Assembly: GCA_040954595.2 (NCBI GenBank)
Contig: CM082590.2
Location: 3,410,001-3,474,000, forward strand
Length of the DNA stretch: 64,000 bases
Reading direction: 5' to 3'
Source of the DNA: Balanoglossus misakiensis
Taxonomy: Eukaryota > Animalia > Hemichordata
Shown: one piece after another, positions 46,201 through 59,900 of the stretch
How the letters are laid out: each line of letters begins with the position of its first letter
Position numbering within the stretch: the first letter of the stretch is position 1
The notes under the pieces: model-generated
What the model was told of the DNA's origin: nothing
The model's input: the letters and a program-made list of their open reading frames with translations, nothing else
Database searches by the model: none
Made by a program: the position numbers and the translations under genes

Positions 46201-49200
46201 CACCGGTTCTGGAGAAGAAGATTTTTGAAATTTAAGCCAGATTTCAGAAAAAAAATTGTAGCAAAAAAACTGCAACATTGACAGCAAAATTTCCAATTAC
46301 AAAAATGATGGGTAGAAGGTAGTCTACCTGCATGCCAAATTTGAAGTCGATCTGACTTGTAGTTTCTGAGATCTGAGATTTGTATTTTTTCAGAAAATCC
46401 AAGATGGCCGCCAGGTCACGTGACTAATTAAAAATTCAAGGGTTCAATGCACGACTACTCATTGACCTTGACCACTGTAGCAAGTTTCAGAAGTGTACCT
46501 GCAGCGGTGTCTGAGATCTCGTGGGTCAAAGAATTGACACAAGAATAAAGAAAGAAAGAAAGAAAGATTAAAGCTGCAAGCAGCATTGTCCGGGCCCAAG
46601 CTCTATTAACTGATCTGATTATTAGATATGCACGTAATTAATGAGTAGAAATATAATGCTGTATTTTATCCCATGAAATATCAAGGTTATATCTATGTTT
46701 GGTGCTGATATAGTGTTAAGTAGGTCAAAGGTCACCCAGAGGTCACCCACAATTTGGGCAGAAAATTTTGACCCATAGTGGTCCATGTCCAACAAAAAAC
46801 AGACCTCTACCCCTTTTGGTTAGCCCGAAATTAGGTATGCACATAAATAATGAGTTAAGCAGGTGTCACAGGTGACCAAAAACTTTGGCTTTTCATTATG
46901 GCCCCATACCTCCAAACGCCAAGGCTGTATCTGCTGTGGATGCTGAGATTTGTGAAAGTAGGTCAAAGGTTACCAGAGGTCACCCAAAATTTGGGTAAAA
47001 AATTTTGACCCCATACTTGTCCTGTCCTACAAAAACAAAACCTCTAGGTCTATTGGTTCGCCTGTAATTAGCTATGCACATAATTAATGAGGTCAGCAGG
47101 GGTCAATGGGGTCATGAAAAGTAGCAAAATATTTTGATCACACACAAATTCACATGCATCAAAACCAAATGTCTAGCCCTATTGGTTAGCCTGGAATTAG
47201 ATATGCAAAAAAATGATGCGTCAAAAGTAGGTCAAAGGTCATTGCCAAAATTACCAAAATATTTATAGCACATTGTAGTCATATGATGATTCATGTCCAT
47301 AAAAAGAATTTCTGTGCTATCAATTTTTAGGCTAGAAAGGGAATTTATACTTTTTAATCGTTTTTCACAAAATCCAATATGGCCGCCATAATCTTCGACC
47401 AATCACAATGCTCTTTGCAAACTTGATAGACATCTGTTTAATGATCACACACACCAAATCTTGTGACTCGGTTATCGCCGGTTCTTGAGAAGAAGATTTT
47501 TGAAATTTTACTAGGGTTTTTCGAAAATCCAATATGGCCGCCAAAATCTTCGACCAATCACAATGATCTTCGCAAACTTGATAGACATCAGTTAGGTGAC
47601 CACATACACCAAACCCTGTGTCTCGGTTATCACTGGTTCTGGAGAAGAAGATTTTTGAAATTTAAGCCAGATTTCAGAAAAAAAATTGTAGCAAAAAAAC
47701 TGCAACATTGACAGCATAATTTCTATTTACAAAAATGATGGGCAGAATGAAATCTACCTGCACGCCAAATTTGAAGTCGATCTGACTTGTAGTTTCTGAG
47801 ATCTGAGATTTGCATTTTTTCAGAAAATCCAAGATGGCCGCCAGGTCACTCGACTAATTAAAAATTCAAGGGTTCAATGCACGACTACTCATTGACTTTG
47901 ACTACTGTAGCAAGTTTCAGAAGTGTACCTGCAGCGGTGTCTGAGATCTCGTGGGTCAAAGAATTGACACAAGAATAAAGAAAGAAAGAAAGAAAGAAAG
48001 AAAGAATTAAAGCTGCAAGCAGCATTGTCAGGGCCCAAGCTCTATTATCTGATCTGATGCTGATATAGTGTTAAGTAGGTCAAAGGTCACCCGAGGTCAC
48101 CCAACATTTGGGCAAAATATTTTGACCCCATACTTGTCCATGTATAACAAAAACAAAACCTCTAGGTCTATTGGTTCATCTGTAATTAGGTATGTGCATA
48201 TTTAATGAGGTCAGCAGAGGTCAAAAGGGTCATGAAAAGTAGCAAAATTTTTTGATCACATACGAATCCACATACATCAAAAACCAAAATGATAGCCTTA
48301 AAGGTTAGCCTGGAATTATATATGCAGAAAAATGATGCGTCAAAAGTAGGTCAAAGGTCATTGCCAAAATTACCAAAATATTTATAGCTTATTCTTGTCA
48401 TATGATGATTCATATCCATAAAAAGAATTTCTGTGCTATCAATTTTTAGGCTAGAAACAGAATTTTTACTTTTTAATCGTTGTTCACAAAATCCAATATG
48501 GCCGCCAAAATCTTCGACCAATCACAATGATCTTCGCAAACTTGATAGACATCTGTTTAATGACCACACACACCAAATCTTGTGACTCGGTTATCGCCGG
48601 TTCTTGAGAAGAAGATTTTTGAAATTTTACTAGGGTTTTTCGAAAATCCAATATGGCCGCCATAATCTTCGACCAATCACAATGATCTTCGCAAACTTGA
48701 TAGACCTCAGTTTGGTGACCACATACCCCAAACCGCGTGACTCGGTTATCGCCGGTTCTGGAGAAGAAGATTTTTGAAATTTTGACCAGATTTCAGAAAA
48801 ACAACTGTAGCAAAAAAACTGCAACATTGACAGCAAAATATCCAATTACAAAAATGATGGGTAGAAGGTAGACTACCTGCACACCAAGTTTGAAGTCGAT
48901 CTGACTTGTAGTTTCTGAGATCTGAGATTTGCATTTTTTCAGAAAATCTAATATGGCCGCCAGGTCACGTGACTAATTAAAAATTCAAGGGTTCAATGCA
49001 CATCTACTCATTGACCTTGACCACTGTAGCAAGTTTGAGAAGTGTACCTGCAGTGGTGTCTGAGATCTAGAGCGACAAAGAATTGACACAAGAATAAAGA
49101 AAGAATTAAAGCTGCAAGCAGCATTGTCCGGGCCCAAGCTCTATTATCTGATCAGATTATTAGATATGCACATAATTAATGAGTAGAAACATAATGCTGT

Positions 49201-52189
49201 GTTTTATCCCATGAAATATCAAGGTTATATCTATGTTTGGTGTTGATATAGTGTTAAGTAGGTCAAAGGTCACCCAGAGGTCACCCACAATTTGGGCAGA
49301 CAATTTTGGCCCATAGTGGTCCATGTCCAACAAAAACCAGACCTCTAGCCCTTTTGGTTAGCCCGGAATTAGGTATGCACATAAATAATGAGTTAAGCAG
49401 GTGTCACTGGTGACCCAAAACTTTGGCTTTTCATTAAGGCCCCATACCTCCAAACGCCAAGGCTGTATCTGCTGTGGATGTCGAGATATGCAAAAGTAGG
49501 TCAAAGGTCACCCGAGGTCACCCAACATTTGGGCAAAATATTTTGACCCCATACTGGTCCATGTATAACAAAAACAAAACCTCTAGGTCTATTGGTTCAT
49601 CATTAATTAGGTATGTGCATATTTAATGAGGTCAACAGAGGTCAAAGGGGTTATGAAAAGTAGCAAAATTTTTTGATCACATACAAATCCACATACATCA
49701 AAAACCAAACGTCTAGCCCTATTGGTTAGCCTGGAATTAGATATGCAGAAAAATGATGCGTCAAAAGTAGGTCAAGGTCATTGCCAAAATTACCAAAATA
49801 TTTATAGCTTATTCTTGGCATATGATGATTCATATCCATAAAAAAAAATTTCTGTGCTATCAATTTTTAGGCTAGAAAGGGAATTTTTACTTTTTAATTG
49901 TTTTTCACAAAATCCAATATGGCCGCCATAATCTTCGACCAATCACATTCCTCTTCGCAAACTTGATAGACATCTGTTTAATGACCACACACACCAAATC
50001 TTGTGACTCAGTTATCGCCGGTTCTTGAGAAGAAGATTTTTGAAATTTTACTAGGTTTTTCGAAAATCCAATATGGCCGCCATAATCTTCGACCAATCAC
50101 AATGATCTTCGCAAACTTGATAGACCTCAGTTTGGTGACCACATACCCCAAACCGCGTGACTCGGTTATCGCCGGTTCTGGAGAAGAAGATTTTTGAAAT
50201 TTTGACCAGATTTCAGAAAAACAACTGTAGCAAAAAAACTGCAACATTGACAGCATAATTTCCAATTACAAAAATGATGGGCAGAAGATAGTCTACCTGC
50301 ACGCCAAATTTGAAGTCGATCTGACTTGTAGTTTCTGAGATCTGAGATTTGCATTTTTTCAGAAAATCCAAGATGGCCGCCAGGTCACGTGACTAATTAA
50401 AAATTCAAGGGTTCAATGCACGACTACTCATTGACCTTGACCACTGTAGCAAGTTTGAGAAGTGTACCTGCAGCAGTGTCTGAGATCTAGAGCGACAAAG
50501 AATTGACATAAGAATAAAGAAAGAATTAAAGCTGCAAGCAGCATTGTCCGGGCCCAAGCTCTATTATCTGATCTGATTATTAGATATGCACATAATTAAT
50601 GAGTAGAAACATAATGCTGTGTTTTATCCCATGAAATATCAAGGTTATATCTATGTTTGGTGTTGATATAGTGTTAAGTAGGTCAAAGGTCATCTGAGGT
50701 CACCCAAAATTTGGGCAGAAAATTTTGACCCATAGTGGTCCATGTCCAACAAAAACCAGACCTCTAGCCCTTTTGGTTAGCCCGGAATTAGGTATGCACA
50801 TAAATAATGCGTAAAGCAGGTGTCACAGGTGACCCAAAACTTTGGCTTTTCATTATGGCCCCATACCTCCAAATGCCAAGACTGTACCTGCTTTGGATGC
50901 CGATATATGCAAAAGTAGGTCAAAGGTCATCTGAGGTCATCCAAAATTTGGGCAGAAAATTTTGACCCATAGTGGTCCATGTCCAACAAAAACCAGACAT
51001 CTAGCCCTTTTGGTTAGCCCGGAATTAGGTATGCACATAAATAATGAGTAAAGCAGGTGTCACAGGTGACCCAAAACTTTGGCTTTTCATTATGGCCCCA
51101 TACCTCCAAACGCCAAGGCTGTATCTGGTGTGGATGTCGAGATATGCAAAAGTAGGTCAAAGGTCACCCGAGGTCACCCAACATTTGGGCAAAATATTTT
51201 GACCCAATACTGGTCCATGTATAACAAAAACAAAACCTCTAAGGTCTATTGGTTGATCATTAATTAGGTATGCGCATATTTAATGAGGTCACCAGAGGTC
51301 AAAGGGGTCATGAAAAGTAGCAAAAATTTTTGATCACATACAAATCCACATACATCAAAAACCAAACTTATAGCCCTATTGGGTAGCCTGGAATTAGATA
51401 TGCAGAAAAATGATGCGTCAAAAGTAGGTCAAAGGTCATTGCCAAAATTACCAAAATATTTATAGCTTATTCTTGGCATATGATGATTCATATCCATAAA
51501 AAGAATTTCTGTGCTATCAATTTTTAGGCTAGAAAAGGAATTTTTACTTTTTAATTGTTTTTCACAAAATCCAATATGGCCGCCATAATCTTCGACCAAT
51601 TACATTCCTCTTCGCAAATTTGATAGACATCTGTTTAATGACCACACACACCAAATCTTGTGACTCAGTTATCGCCGGTTCTTGAGAAGAAGATTTTTGA
51701 AATTTTACTAGGGTTTTACGAAAATCCAATATGGCCGCCATAATCTTCGACCAATCACAATGATCTTCGCAAACTTGATAGACATCAGTTAGGTGACCAC
51801 ATACCCAAAACCCCGTGTCTTGGTTTTCACTGGTTCTGGAGAAGAAGATTTTTAAAATTTAAGCCAGATTTCAGAAAAAAAATTGTAGCAAAAAACTGCA
51901 ACTTTGTCAGCATAATTTCTAATTACAAAAATGATGGGCAGAAGGTAGTCTACCAGCTTGCCAAATTTGAAGTCGATCTGACTTGTAGTTTCTGAGATCT
52001 GAGATTTGCATTTTTTCAGAAAATCCAAGATGGCCGCCAGGTCACGTGACTAATTGAAAATTCAAGGGTTCAATGCACGACTACTTATTGACCTTGACCA
52101 CTGTAGCAAGTTTCAGAAGTGTACCTGCAGCGGTGTCTGAGATCTCGTGGGTCAAAGAATTGACACAAGAATAAAGAAAGAAAGAAAGT

Positions 52190-52243
52190 AAAATTCCAAC
52201 GAAACCAATACGGGCCCAAGCCTGGCTTGGCTTGGGCCCGTAA
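52190..52243 (+). other. Single 3' terminal stem-loop module of the arrayed element
   Basis: AAAATTCCAACGAAACCAA-TACGGGCCCAAGCC-tggctt-GGCTTGGGCCCGTA-A. Confidence 0.8.
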
Positions 52244-53672
52244 TTAAAGCTGCGAGCAGCATTGTCGGGCCCAAGCGCTGATCTTGAATTATATATGCGC
52301 AGTATAAATGAGAAGAAACAGAATTTTCTATCGGGTGTATTATCTCATGACATAACAAGGACGTGTGTATTTTTGGGGCTGAAATAGGGTAAAGTAGGTC
52401 AAAGGTCACCTGAGATCACCCAACATTTGGGCAAGAAATTTTAATCCCATACTGGTCCATGTTCAACAAAAATCAAACCTCTAGCCCTATTGGTTAGCCT
52501 GGAATTAGGTATGCGCATAATTAATGAGATAAGCAGGTGTCACAGGTGACCCCAAATTTTGGCTTTTCAATTATAGTCCCAACCCTCCAAACTCAAAGTC
52601 TGTACCTGCTCTGGATGACGAGATATGCGAAAGTAGGTCAAAGGTCACCAGAGGTCACCCAACATTTGGGCAAAAAATTTTGACCCCATACTGGTCCATG
52701 TTCAACAAAAACCAAACCTCTAGCTGTATTGGTTCGCCTGTAATTAGCTATGCACATAATTAATGAGGTCGGCAGAGGTCAAAGGGGTCATGAAAAGTAG
52801 CAAAATATTTTGATCACACACTAATCCACATGCATCAAAAACCAAACGTCTAGCCCTATAGGTTAGCCTGGAATTAGATATGCAGAAATAATAATGTGTG
52901 AAAAGTAGGTCAAAGGTCATGTGAAAAATCGCCAAAAATTTGTAACTAATTGTAGTCATATGACGAATGATATCCATTAAAAGAATTTATATGCTATCAA
53001 TTTTTATACTAGAAAAAGGAATTTTAATTTTTCACTGCTTTTTACAAAATCCAATATGGCCGCCATAATCTTCGACCAATCACAATGCTCTTTGCAAACT
53101 TGATAGACATCAGTGTAGTGACCATACTCCCCAAATCTTGCGACTCAGTCATCGCCCGTTCTGGAGAAGAAGATTTTTGGAGTTTAACTATGGTTTTTCG
53201 AAAATCCAATATGGCCGCCATAATCTCCGACCAATCACAATGATCTTCGCAAACTTGATAGACATCAGTTAGGTGACCACATACCCCAAACCTTGTGTCT
53301 CGCTTATCACCGGTTCTGGAGAAGAAGATTTTTGAAATTTAAGCCAGATTTCAGAAAAAAAATTGTAGCAAAAAAACTGCAACATTGACAGCAAAATTTC
53401 CAATTACAAAAATGATGGGTAGAAGGTAGTCTACCTGCATGCCAAATTTGAAGTCGATCTGACTTGTAGTTTCTGAGATCTGAGATTTGATTTTTTTCAG
53501 AAAATCCAATATGGCCGCCAGGTCACGTGACTAATTAAGTATTCACAAGTCACTGCACATCTACTCATTGACCTTGACCACTGTAGCAAGTTTGAGAAGT
53601 GTACCTGCAGCGGTGTCTGAGATCTCGTTGCCCAAAGAATTGACACAAGAATAAAGAAAGACGGAAAGAAAG

Positions 53673-53929
53673 AAAAATTCCAACGAAACCAATAGGGCCC
53701 AAGCGCTTGCGTGCGCTTGGGCCCTAAAGACTGAAAAATTCCAACGAAACCAATAGGGCCCAAGCCTGGCTTGGCTTGGGCCCTAAAGAAGAAAGAAGAA
53801 AGAAGAAAGAAGGAAAGACAGAAAAACCCCAACGAAACCAATAGGGCCCAAGCGCTGGTATGCGCTTGGGCCCTAAAAATTCCAACGAAACCAATACGGG
53901 CCCAAGCCTGGCTTGGCTTGGGCCCGTAA
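53673..53929 (+). other. Stack of four 3' terminal stem-loop modules
   Basis: Four ~53-bp CCAACGAAACCAATA(C)GGGCCCAAGC...GCTTGGGCCC(G)TAA modules with different loops/stems; (AAAG)n lies between the 2nd and 3rd. Confidence 0.85.
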
Positions 53930-56900
53930 TTAAAGCTGCAAGCAGCATTGTCCGGGCCCAAGCTCTATTATCTGATCTGATATTAGATATGCACATAATT
54001 AATGAGTAGAAACATAATGCTGTTTTATCCCATGAAATATCAAGATAATATCTATGTTTGGTGCTGTTAAAGTGTTAAGTAGGTCAAAGGTCACCCAGAG
54101 GTCACCCAACATTTGGGCAGAAAATTTTGACCCATAGTGGTCCATGTCCAACAAAAACCAGACCTCTAGCCCTTTTGGTTAGCCTGGAATTAGGTATGCA
54201 CATAAATAATGCGTAAAGCAGGTGTCACAGGTGACCCAAAACTTTGACTTTTCATTATGGCCCCATACCTCCAAATGCCAAGGCTGTACCCGCTTTGGAT
54301 GCCGAGATATGCAAAAGTACGTCAAAGGTCATCTGAGGTCATCCAAAATTTGGGCAGAAAATTTTGACCCATAGTGGCCCATGTCGAACAAAAACCAGAC
54401 CTCTAGCCCTTTTGGTTAGCCTAGAATTAGGTATGCACATAATTAATGAGTTAAGCAGGTGTCACAGGTGACCCAAAACATTAGCTTTTCATTATGGCCC
54501 CATACCTCCAAACGCCAAGGCTGTATCTGCTGTGGATGTCGAGATATGCAAAAGTAGGTCAAAGGTCACCCGAGGTCACCCAACATTTGGGCAAAATATT
54601 TTGACCCCATACTGGTCCATTATAACAAAAACAAAACCTCTAGGTCTATTGGTTCATCATTAATTAGGTATGCGCATATTTAATGAGGTCACCAGAGGTC
54701 AAAGGGGTCATGAAAAGTAGTAAAAATTTTTGATCACATACAAATCCACATACATCAAAAACCAAACTTATAGCCCTATTGGTTAGCCTGGAATTAGATA
54801 TGCAGAAAAATGATGCGTCAAAAGTAGGTCAAAGGTCATTGCCAAAATTACCAAAATATTTATAGCTTATTCTTGTCATATGATGATTCATATCCACAAA
54901 AAGAATTTCTGTGCTATCAATTTTTAGGCTAGAAAAGGAATTTTTACTTTTTAATCGTTTTTCACAAAATCCAATATGGCCGCCATAATCTTCGACCAAT
55001 CACATTCCCCTTCGCAAACTTGATAGACATCTGTTTAATGACCACACACACCAAATCTTGTGACTCGGTTATCGCCCGTTCTTGAGAAGAAGATTTTTGA
55101 AGTTTTACTATGGTTTTTCGAAAATCCAATATGGCCGCCATAATGTTCGACCAATCACAATGATCTTCGCAAACTTGATAGACATCAGTTAGGTGACCAC
55201 ATACCCCAAACCGCGTGACTCAGTTATCACCGGTTCTGGAGAAGAAGATTTTTGAAATTTAAGCCAGATTTCAGAAAAAAAATTGTAGCAAAAAAACTGC
55301 AACATTTACAGCAAAATATCCAATTACAAAAATGATGGGCAGAGGGTATACTACCAGCACACCAAATGTGAAGTCGATCTGACTTGTAGTTTCTGAGATC
55401 TGAGATTTGCATTTTTTCAGAAAATCCAATATGGCCGCCAGGTCACGTGACTAATTAAAAATTCAAGAGTTCAATGCACGACTACCCATTGACCTTGACC
55501 ACTGTAGCAAGTTTGAGAAGTGTACCTGCAGTGGTGTCTGAGATCTAGAGCGACAAAGAAATGACACAAGAATAAAGAAAGAAAGAAAGAAAGAATAAAA
55601 GCTGCAAGCAGCATTGTCCGGGCCCAAGCTCTATTATCTGATCTGATGCTGATATAGTGTTAAGTAGGTCAAAGGTCAGCCGAGGTCACCCAACATTTGG
55701 GCAAAATATTTTGACCCCATACTGGTCCATGTATAAAAAAAAAAACCTCTAGGTCTATTGGTTCATCTGTAATTAGGTATGTGCATATTTAATGAGGTCA
55801 GCAGAGGTCAAGGGGGTCATGAAAAGTAGCAACATTTTTTGATCACATACAAATCCACATACATCAAAAACCACAATGATAGCCTTAAAGGTTAGCCTGG
55901 AATTAGATACGCAGAAAAATGGTGCGTCAAAAGTAGGTCAAAGGTCATTGCCAAAATTACCAAAATATTTATAGCTTATTCTTGGCATATGATGATTCAT
56001 ATCCATAAAAAGAATTTCTGTGCTATCAATTTTTAGGCTAGAAAGGGAATTTTTACTTTTTTATCGTTTTTCACAAAATCCAATATGGCCGCCATAATCT
56101 TCGACCAATCACATTCCTCTTCGCAAATTTGATAGACATCTGTTTAATGACCACACACACCAAATCTTGTGACTCGGTTATCGCCCGTTCTTGAGAAGAA
56201 GATTTTTGAAGTTTTACTATGGTTTTTCGAAAATCCAATATGGCCGCCATAATGTTCGACCAATCACAATGATCTTCGCAAACTTGATAGACATCAGTTA
56301 GGTGACCACATACCCCAAACCGCGTGACTCAGTTATCACCGGTTCTGGAGAAGAAGATTTTTGAAATTTAAGCCAGATTTCAGAAAAAAAATTGTAGCAA
56401 AAAAACTGCAACATTTACAGCAAAATATCCAATTACAAAAATGATGGGTAGAAGGTAGACTACCTGCACACCAAATTTGAAGTCGATCTGACTTGTAGTT
56501 TCTGAGATCTGAGATTTGCATTTTTTCAGAAAATCCAATATGGCCGCCAGGTCACGTGACTAATTAAAAATTCAAGGGTTCAATGCACGACTACTCATTG
56601 ACCTTGACCACTGTAGCAAGTTTCAGAAGTGTACCTGCAGCGGTGTCTGAGATCTAGAGCGACAAAGAATTGACACAAGAATAAAGAAAGAATTAAAGCT
56701 GCAAGCAGCATTGTCCGGGCCCAAGCTGTATTATCTGATCAGATTATTAGATATGCACATAATTAATGAGTCGAAAGATAATGCTGTGTTTTATCCCATG
56801 AAATATCAAGGTTATATCTATGTTTGGTGTTGATATAGTGTTAAGTAGGTCAAAGGTCACCCAGAGGTCACCCACAATTTGGGCAGAAAATTTTGACCCA

Positions 56901-59900
56901 TAGTGGTCCATGTCCAACAAAAACCAGATCTCTAGCCCTTTTGGTTAGCCCGGAATATGGTATGCACATAAATAATGAGTTAAGCAGGTGTCACAGGTGA
57001 CCCAAAACTTTGGCTTTTCATTATGGCCCCATACCTCCAAACGCCAAGGCTGTATCTGCTGTGGATGTCGAGATATGCAAAAGTAGGTCAAAGGTCATCC
57101 GAGGTCACCCAACATTTGGGCAAAAAATTTGACCCAATACTGGTTCATGTCCAACAAAAACCAAACCTCTAGGTCTATTGGTTCATCTGTAATTAGGTAT
57201 GCGCATATTTAATGAGGTCACCAGAGGTCATGAAAAGTATCAAAATTTTTTTATCACATACAAATCCACATACATCAAAAACCAAACTTATAGCCCTATT
57301 GGTTAGCCTGGAATTAGATATGCAGAAAAATGATGCGTCAAAAGTAGGTCAAAGGTCATTGCCAAAATTACCAAAATATTTATAGCTTATTCTTGTCATA
57401 TGATGATTCATATCCATAAAAAGAATTTCTGTGCTATCAATTTTAAGGCTAGAAAAGAAATTTTTACTTTTTAATCGTTTTTCACAAAATCCAATATGGC
57501 CGCCATAATCTTCGACCAATCACATTCCCCTTCGCAAACTTGATAGACATCTGTTTAATGACCACACACACCAAATCTTGTGACTCGGTTATCGCCCGTT
57601 CTTGAGAAGAAGATTTTTGAAATTTTACAATGGTTTTTAGAAAATCCAATATGGCCGCCATAATCTTCGACCAATCACAATGATCTTCGCAAACTTGATA
57701 GACATCAGTTAGGTGACCACATACCCCAAACCGCGTGACTCAGTTATCACCGGTTCTGGAGAAGAAGATTTTTGAAATTTAAGCCAGATTTCAGAAAAAA
57801 AATTGTAGCAAAAAAACTGCAACATTTACAGCAAAATATCCAATTACAAAAATGATGGGTAGAAGGTAGACTACCTGCACACCAAATTTGAAATCGATCT
57901 GACTTGTAGTTTCTGAGATCTGAGATTTGCATTTTTTCAGAAAATCCAATATGGCCGCCAGGTCACGTGACTAATTAAAAATTCAAGGGTTCAATGCACG
58001 ACTACTCATTGACCTTGACCACTGTAGCAAGTTTCAGAAGTGTACCTGCAGCGGTGTCTGAGATCTAGAGCGACAAAGAATTGACACAAGAATAAAGAAA
58101 GAATTAAAGCTGCAAGCAGCATTGTCCGGGCCCAAGCTGTATTATCTGATCAGATTATTAGATATGCACATAATTAATGAGTCGAAAGATAATGCTGTGT
58201 TTTATCCCATGAAATATCAAGGTTATATCTATGTTTGGTGTTGATATAGTGTTAAGTAGGTCAAAGGTCACCCAGAGGTCACCCACAATTTGGGCAGAAA
58301 ATTTTGACCCATAGTGGTCCATGTCCAACAAAAACCAGATCTCTAGCCCTTTTGGTTAGCCCGGAATATGGTATGCACATAAATAATGAGTTAAGCAGGT
58401 GTCACAGGTGACCCAAAACTTTGGCTTTTCATTATGGCCCCATACCTCCAAACGCCAAGGCTGTATCTGCTGTGGATGTCGAGATATGCAAAAGTAGGTC
58501 AAAGGTCATCCGAGGTCACCCAACATTTGGGCAAAAAATTTGACCCAATACTGGTTCATGTCCAACAAAAACCAAACCTCTAGGTCTATTGGTTCATCTG
58601 TAATTAGGTATGCGCATATTTAATGAGGTCACCAGAGGTCATGAAAAGTATCAAAATTTTTTTATCACATACAAATCCACATACATCAAAAACCAAACTT
58701 ATAGCCCTATTGGTTAGCCTGGAATTAGATATGCAGAAAAATGATGCGTCAAAAGTAGGTCAAAGGTCATTGCCAAAATTACCAAAATATTTATAGCTTA
58801 TTCTTGTCATATGATGATTCATATCCATAAAAAGAATTTCTGTGCTATCAATTTTAAGGCTAGAAAAGAAATTTTTACTTTTTAATCGTTTTTCACAAAA
58901 TCCAATATGGCCGCCATAATCTTCGACCAATCACATTCCCCTTCGCAAACTTGATAGACATCTGTTTAATGACCACACACACCAAATCTTGTGACTCGGT
59001 TATCGCCCGTTCTTGAGAAGAAGATTTTTGAAATTTTACAATGGTTTTTAGAAAATCCAATATGGCCGCCATAATCTTCGACCAATCACAATGATCTTCG
59101 CAAACTTGATAGACATCAGTTAGGTGACCACATACCCCAAACCGCGTGACTCAGTTATCACCGGTTCTGGAGAAGAAGATTTTTGAAATTTAAGCCAGAT
59201 TTCAGAAAAAAAATTGTAGCAAAAAAACTGCAACATTTACAGCAAAATATCCAATTACAAAAATGATGGGTAGAAGGTAGACTACCTGCACACCAAATTT
59301 GAAATCGATCTGACTTGTAGTTTCTGAGATCTGAGATTTGCATTTTTTCAGAAAATCCAATATGGCCGCCAGGTCACGTGACTAATTAAAAATTCAAGGG
59401 TTCAATGCACGACTACTCATTGACCTTGACCACTGTAGCAAGTTTCAGAAGTGTACCTGCAGCGGTGTCTGAGATCTAGAGCGACAAAGAATTGACACAA
59501 GAATAAAGAAAGAAAGAAAGAAGAAAGAATTAAAGCTGCAAGCAGCATTGTCCGGGCCCAAGCTCTATTATCTGATCTGATTATTAGATATGCACATAAT
59601 TAATGAGTAGAAACATAATGCTGTGTTTTATCCCATGAAATATCATGGTTATATCTATGTTTAGTGCTGATAAAGTGTTAAGTAGGTCAAAGGTCACCCA
59701 GAGGTCACCCATAATTTGGGCAGAAAATTTTGACCCATAGTTGTCCATGTCCAACAAAAACCAGACCTATAGCACTTTTGGTTAGCCCGGAATTAAGTAT
59801 GCACATAAATAATGAGTTAAGCAGGTGTCACAGGTGACCCACAACTTTGGCTTTTCATTATGGCCCCATACCTCCAAACGCCAAGGCTGTATCTGCTGTG

